Positions 63,255 to 64,000 of a DNA stretch of 64,000 nucleotides are shown here, in pieces. The stretch's first letter is position 1; the number at the start of each line of letters is the position of its first letter. The notes below the pieces were generated by a model, which worked only from the letters and a program-made list of their open reading frames with translations, ran no database searches and was not told the DNA's origin. The DNA comes from Squalus acanthias (taxonomy: Eukaryota), in the NCBI GenBank assembly GCA_030390025.1, contig CM059426.1:207514001-207578000 (forward strand), in the 5' to 3' direction. Position numbers and translations under genes: made by a program.

Positions 63255-63610
63255 ACAAATACCTCCACGGCCTCGCCCCTCCCTATCTCTGTAACCTCCT
63301 CCAGCCCTACAACCCTCCGAGATCTCTGCACTCCTCCAATTCTGGCCTCTTGCGCATCCCCGATTTTCATCGCCCCACCATTAGCGGCCGTGCCTTCAGC
63401 TGCCTAGGCCCTTAGTTCTGGAATTCCCTCCATAAACCTCTCCGCCTCTCTACCTCTCTCTCCTCCTTTAAGACGCTCCTTAAAACCTAACTCCTTAACT
63501 AAAAATCTGTCCTAATATCTCCTTATGTGGCTTGGTGTCAAATTTTTGTTTGATAATGTGCCTGTGAAGCGCCTCGGGGCTAAAGGCGCTATATAAATAC
63601 GTTGTTGTTG
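63255..63610 (+). mobile_element. L2-clade LINE 3' end
   Basis: Family body and GGCGCTATATAAATACGTTGTTGTTG tail. Confidence 0.82.
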
Positions 63611-64000
63611 AGGTGAGAGCAGGTTCTGAACATTAGATTTTCGTTCACTGAAGAAAGGCTGTTTTTTGTTTAAAGCCAGATAAAAGCCCAGAGTCGGTAC
63701 TGGTTGCCATGGTCACACCAATGGCACAACCAGGCAAGATCTGATGCATTTTTATCTCTTGAAGGCCTACAGTGCGTGGACAAGTAAATTCATTCGCAAC
63801 ACATGAAGGGGCTGGAAATGGATTAGACAATGGTTTCAGGGAATGCTTAAAGAGGAATCTTTTTTTTGACATTAGTCTGGAAGAGACAGCCCTGTGTGAA
63901 ATCAATAAAAATTACCTCAACATTTTTAAACTTACCTCAAGGTGGTCGGGGCCCTAATGGGAATGCCAGCTTTCTCTCATTTTTAAAGTAAAGTGATGAA

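Noticed and set aside
1-64000. CRISPR array, retron or other prokaryotic system
   Set aside because: There are no regularly spaced repeats or operons; all RT sequences are eukaryotic CR1, L2, related LINE or Penelope elements inside vertebrate introns.

Overview
Eukaryotic (vertebrate) genomic DNA, almost certainly from a cartilaginous fish, judged from its Deu-domain SacSINE1-like SINEs, CR1/HER1-like LINEs, L2 tails and Penelope elements. The window holds five internal coding exons of a + strand delta-type ionotropic glutamate receptor gene, GRID2 or a GRID2-like paralog: 3988-4193, 24988-25041, 35148-35321, 52939-53100 and 55475-55594 (206/54/174/162/120 nt). All have AG/GT boundaries, splice into one open frame and encode part of the amino-terminal domain. 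The rest is intron packed with transposons: CR1 LINEs (three young near-identical copies), L2 3' ends, DeuSINEs, Penelope-like elements with minimal hammerhead ribozymes, three solo LTRs, hAT MITEs with 8-bp TSDs and Harbinger-like foldback elements with 3-bp TSDs, often nested. I found no unambiguous new multi-gene system. The best leads are the possible paralog status of the gene, inverted repeats bracketing exons, a 1.35-kb foldback element carrying splice sites and tandem CRE motifs, a duplicated branch-point region, an unexplained perfect 24-bp hairpin, and a competing splice donor. Exon, TSD and hairpin coordinates were counted exactly; other repeat boundaries are approximate. Comparisons with human GRID1/GRID2 are from memory and need confirming by alignment.
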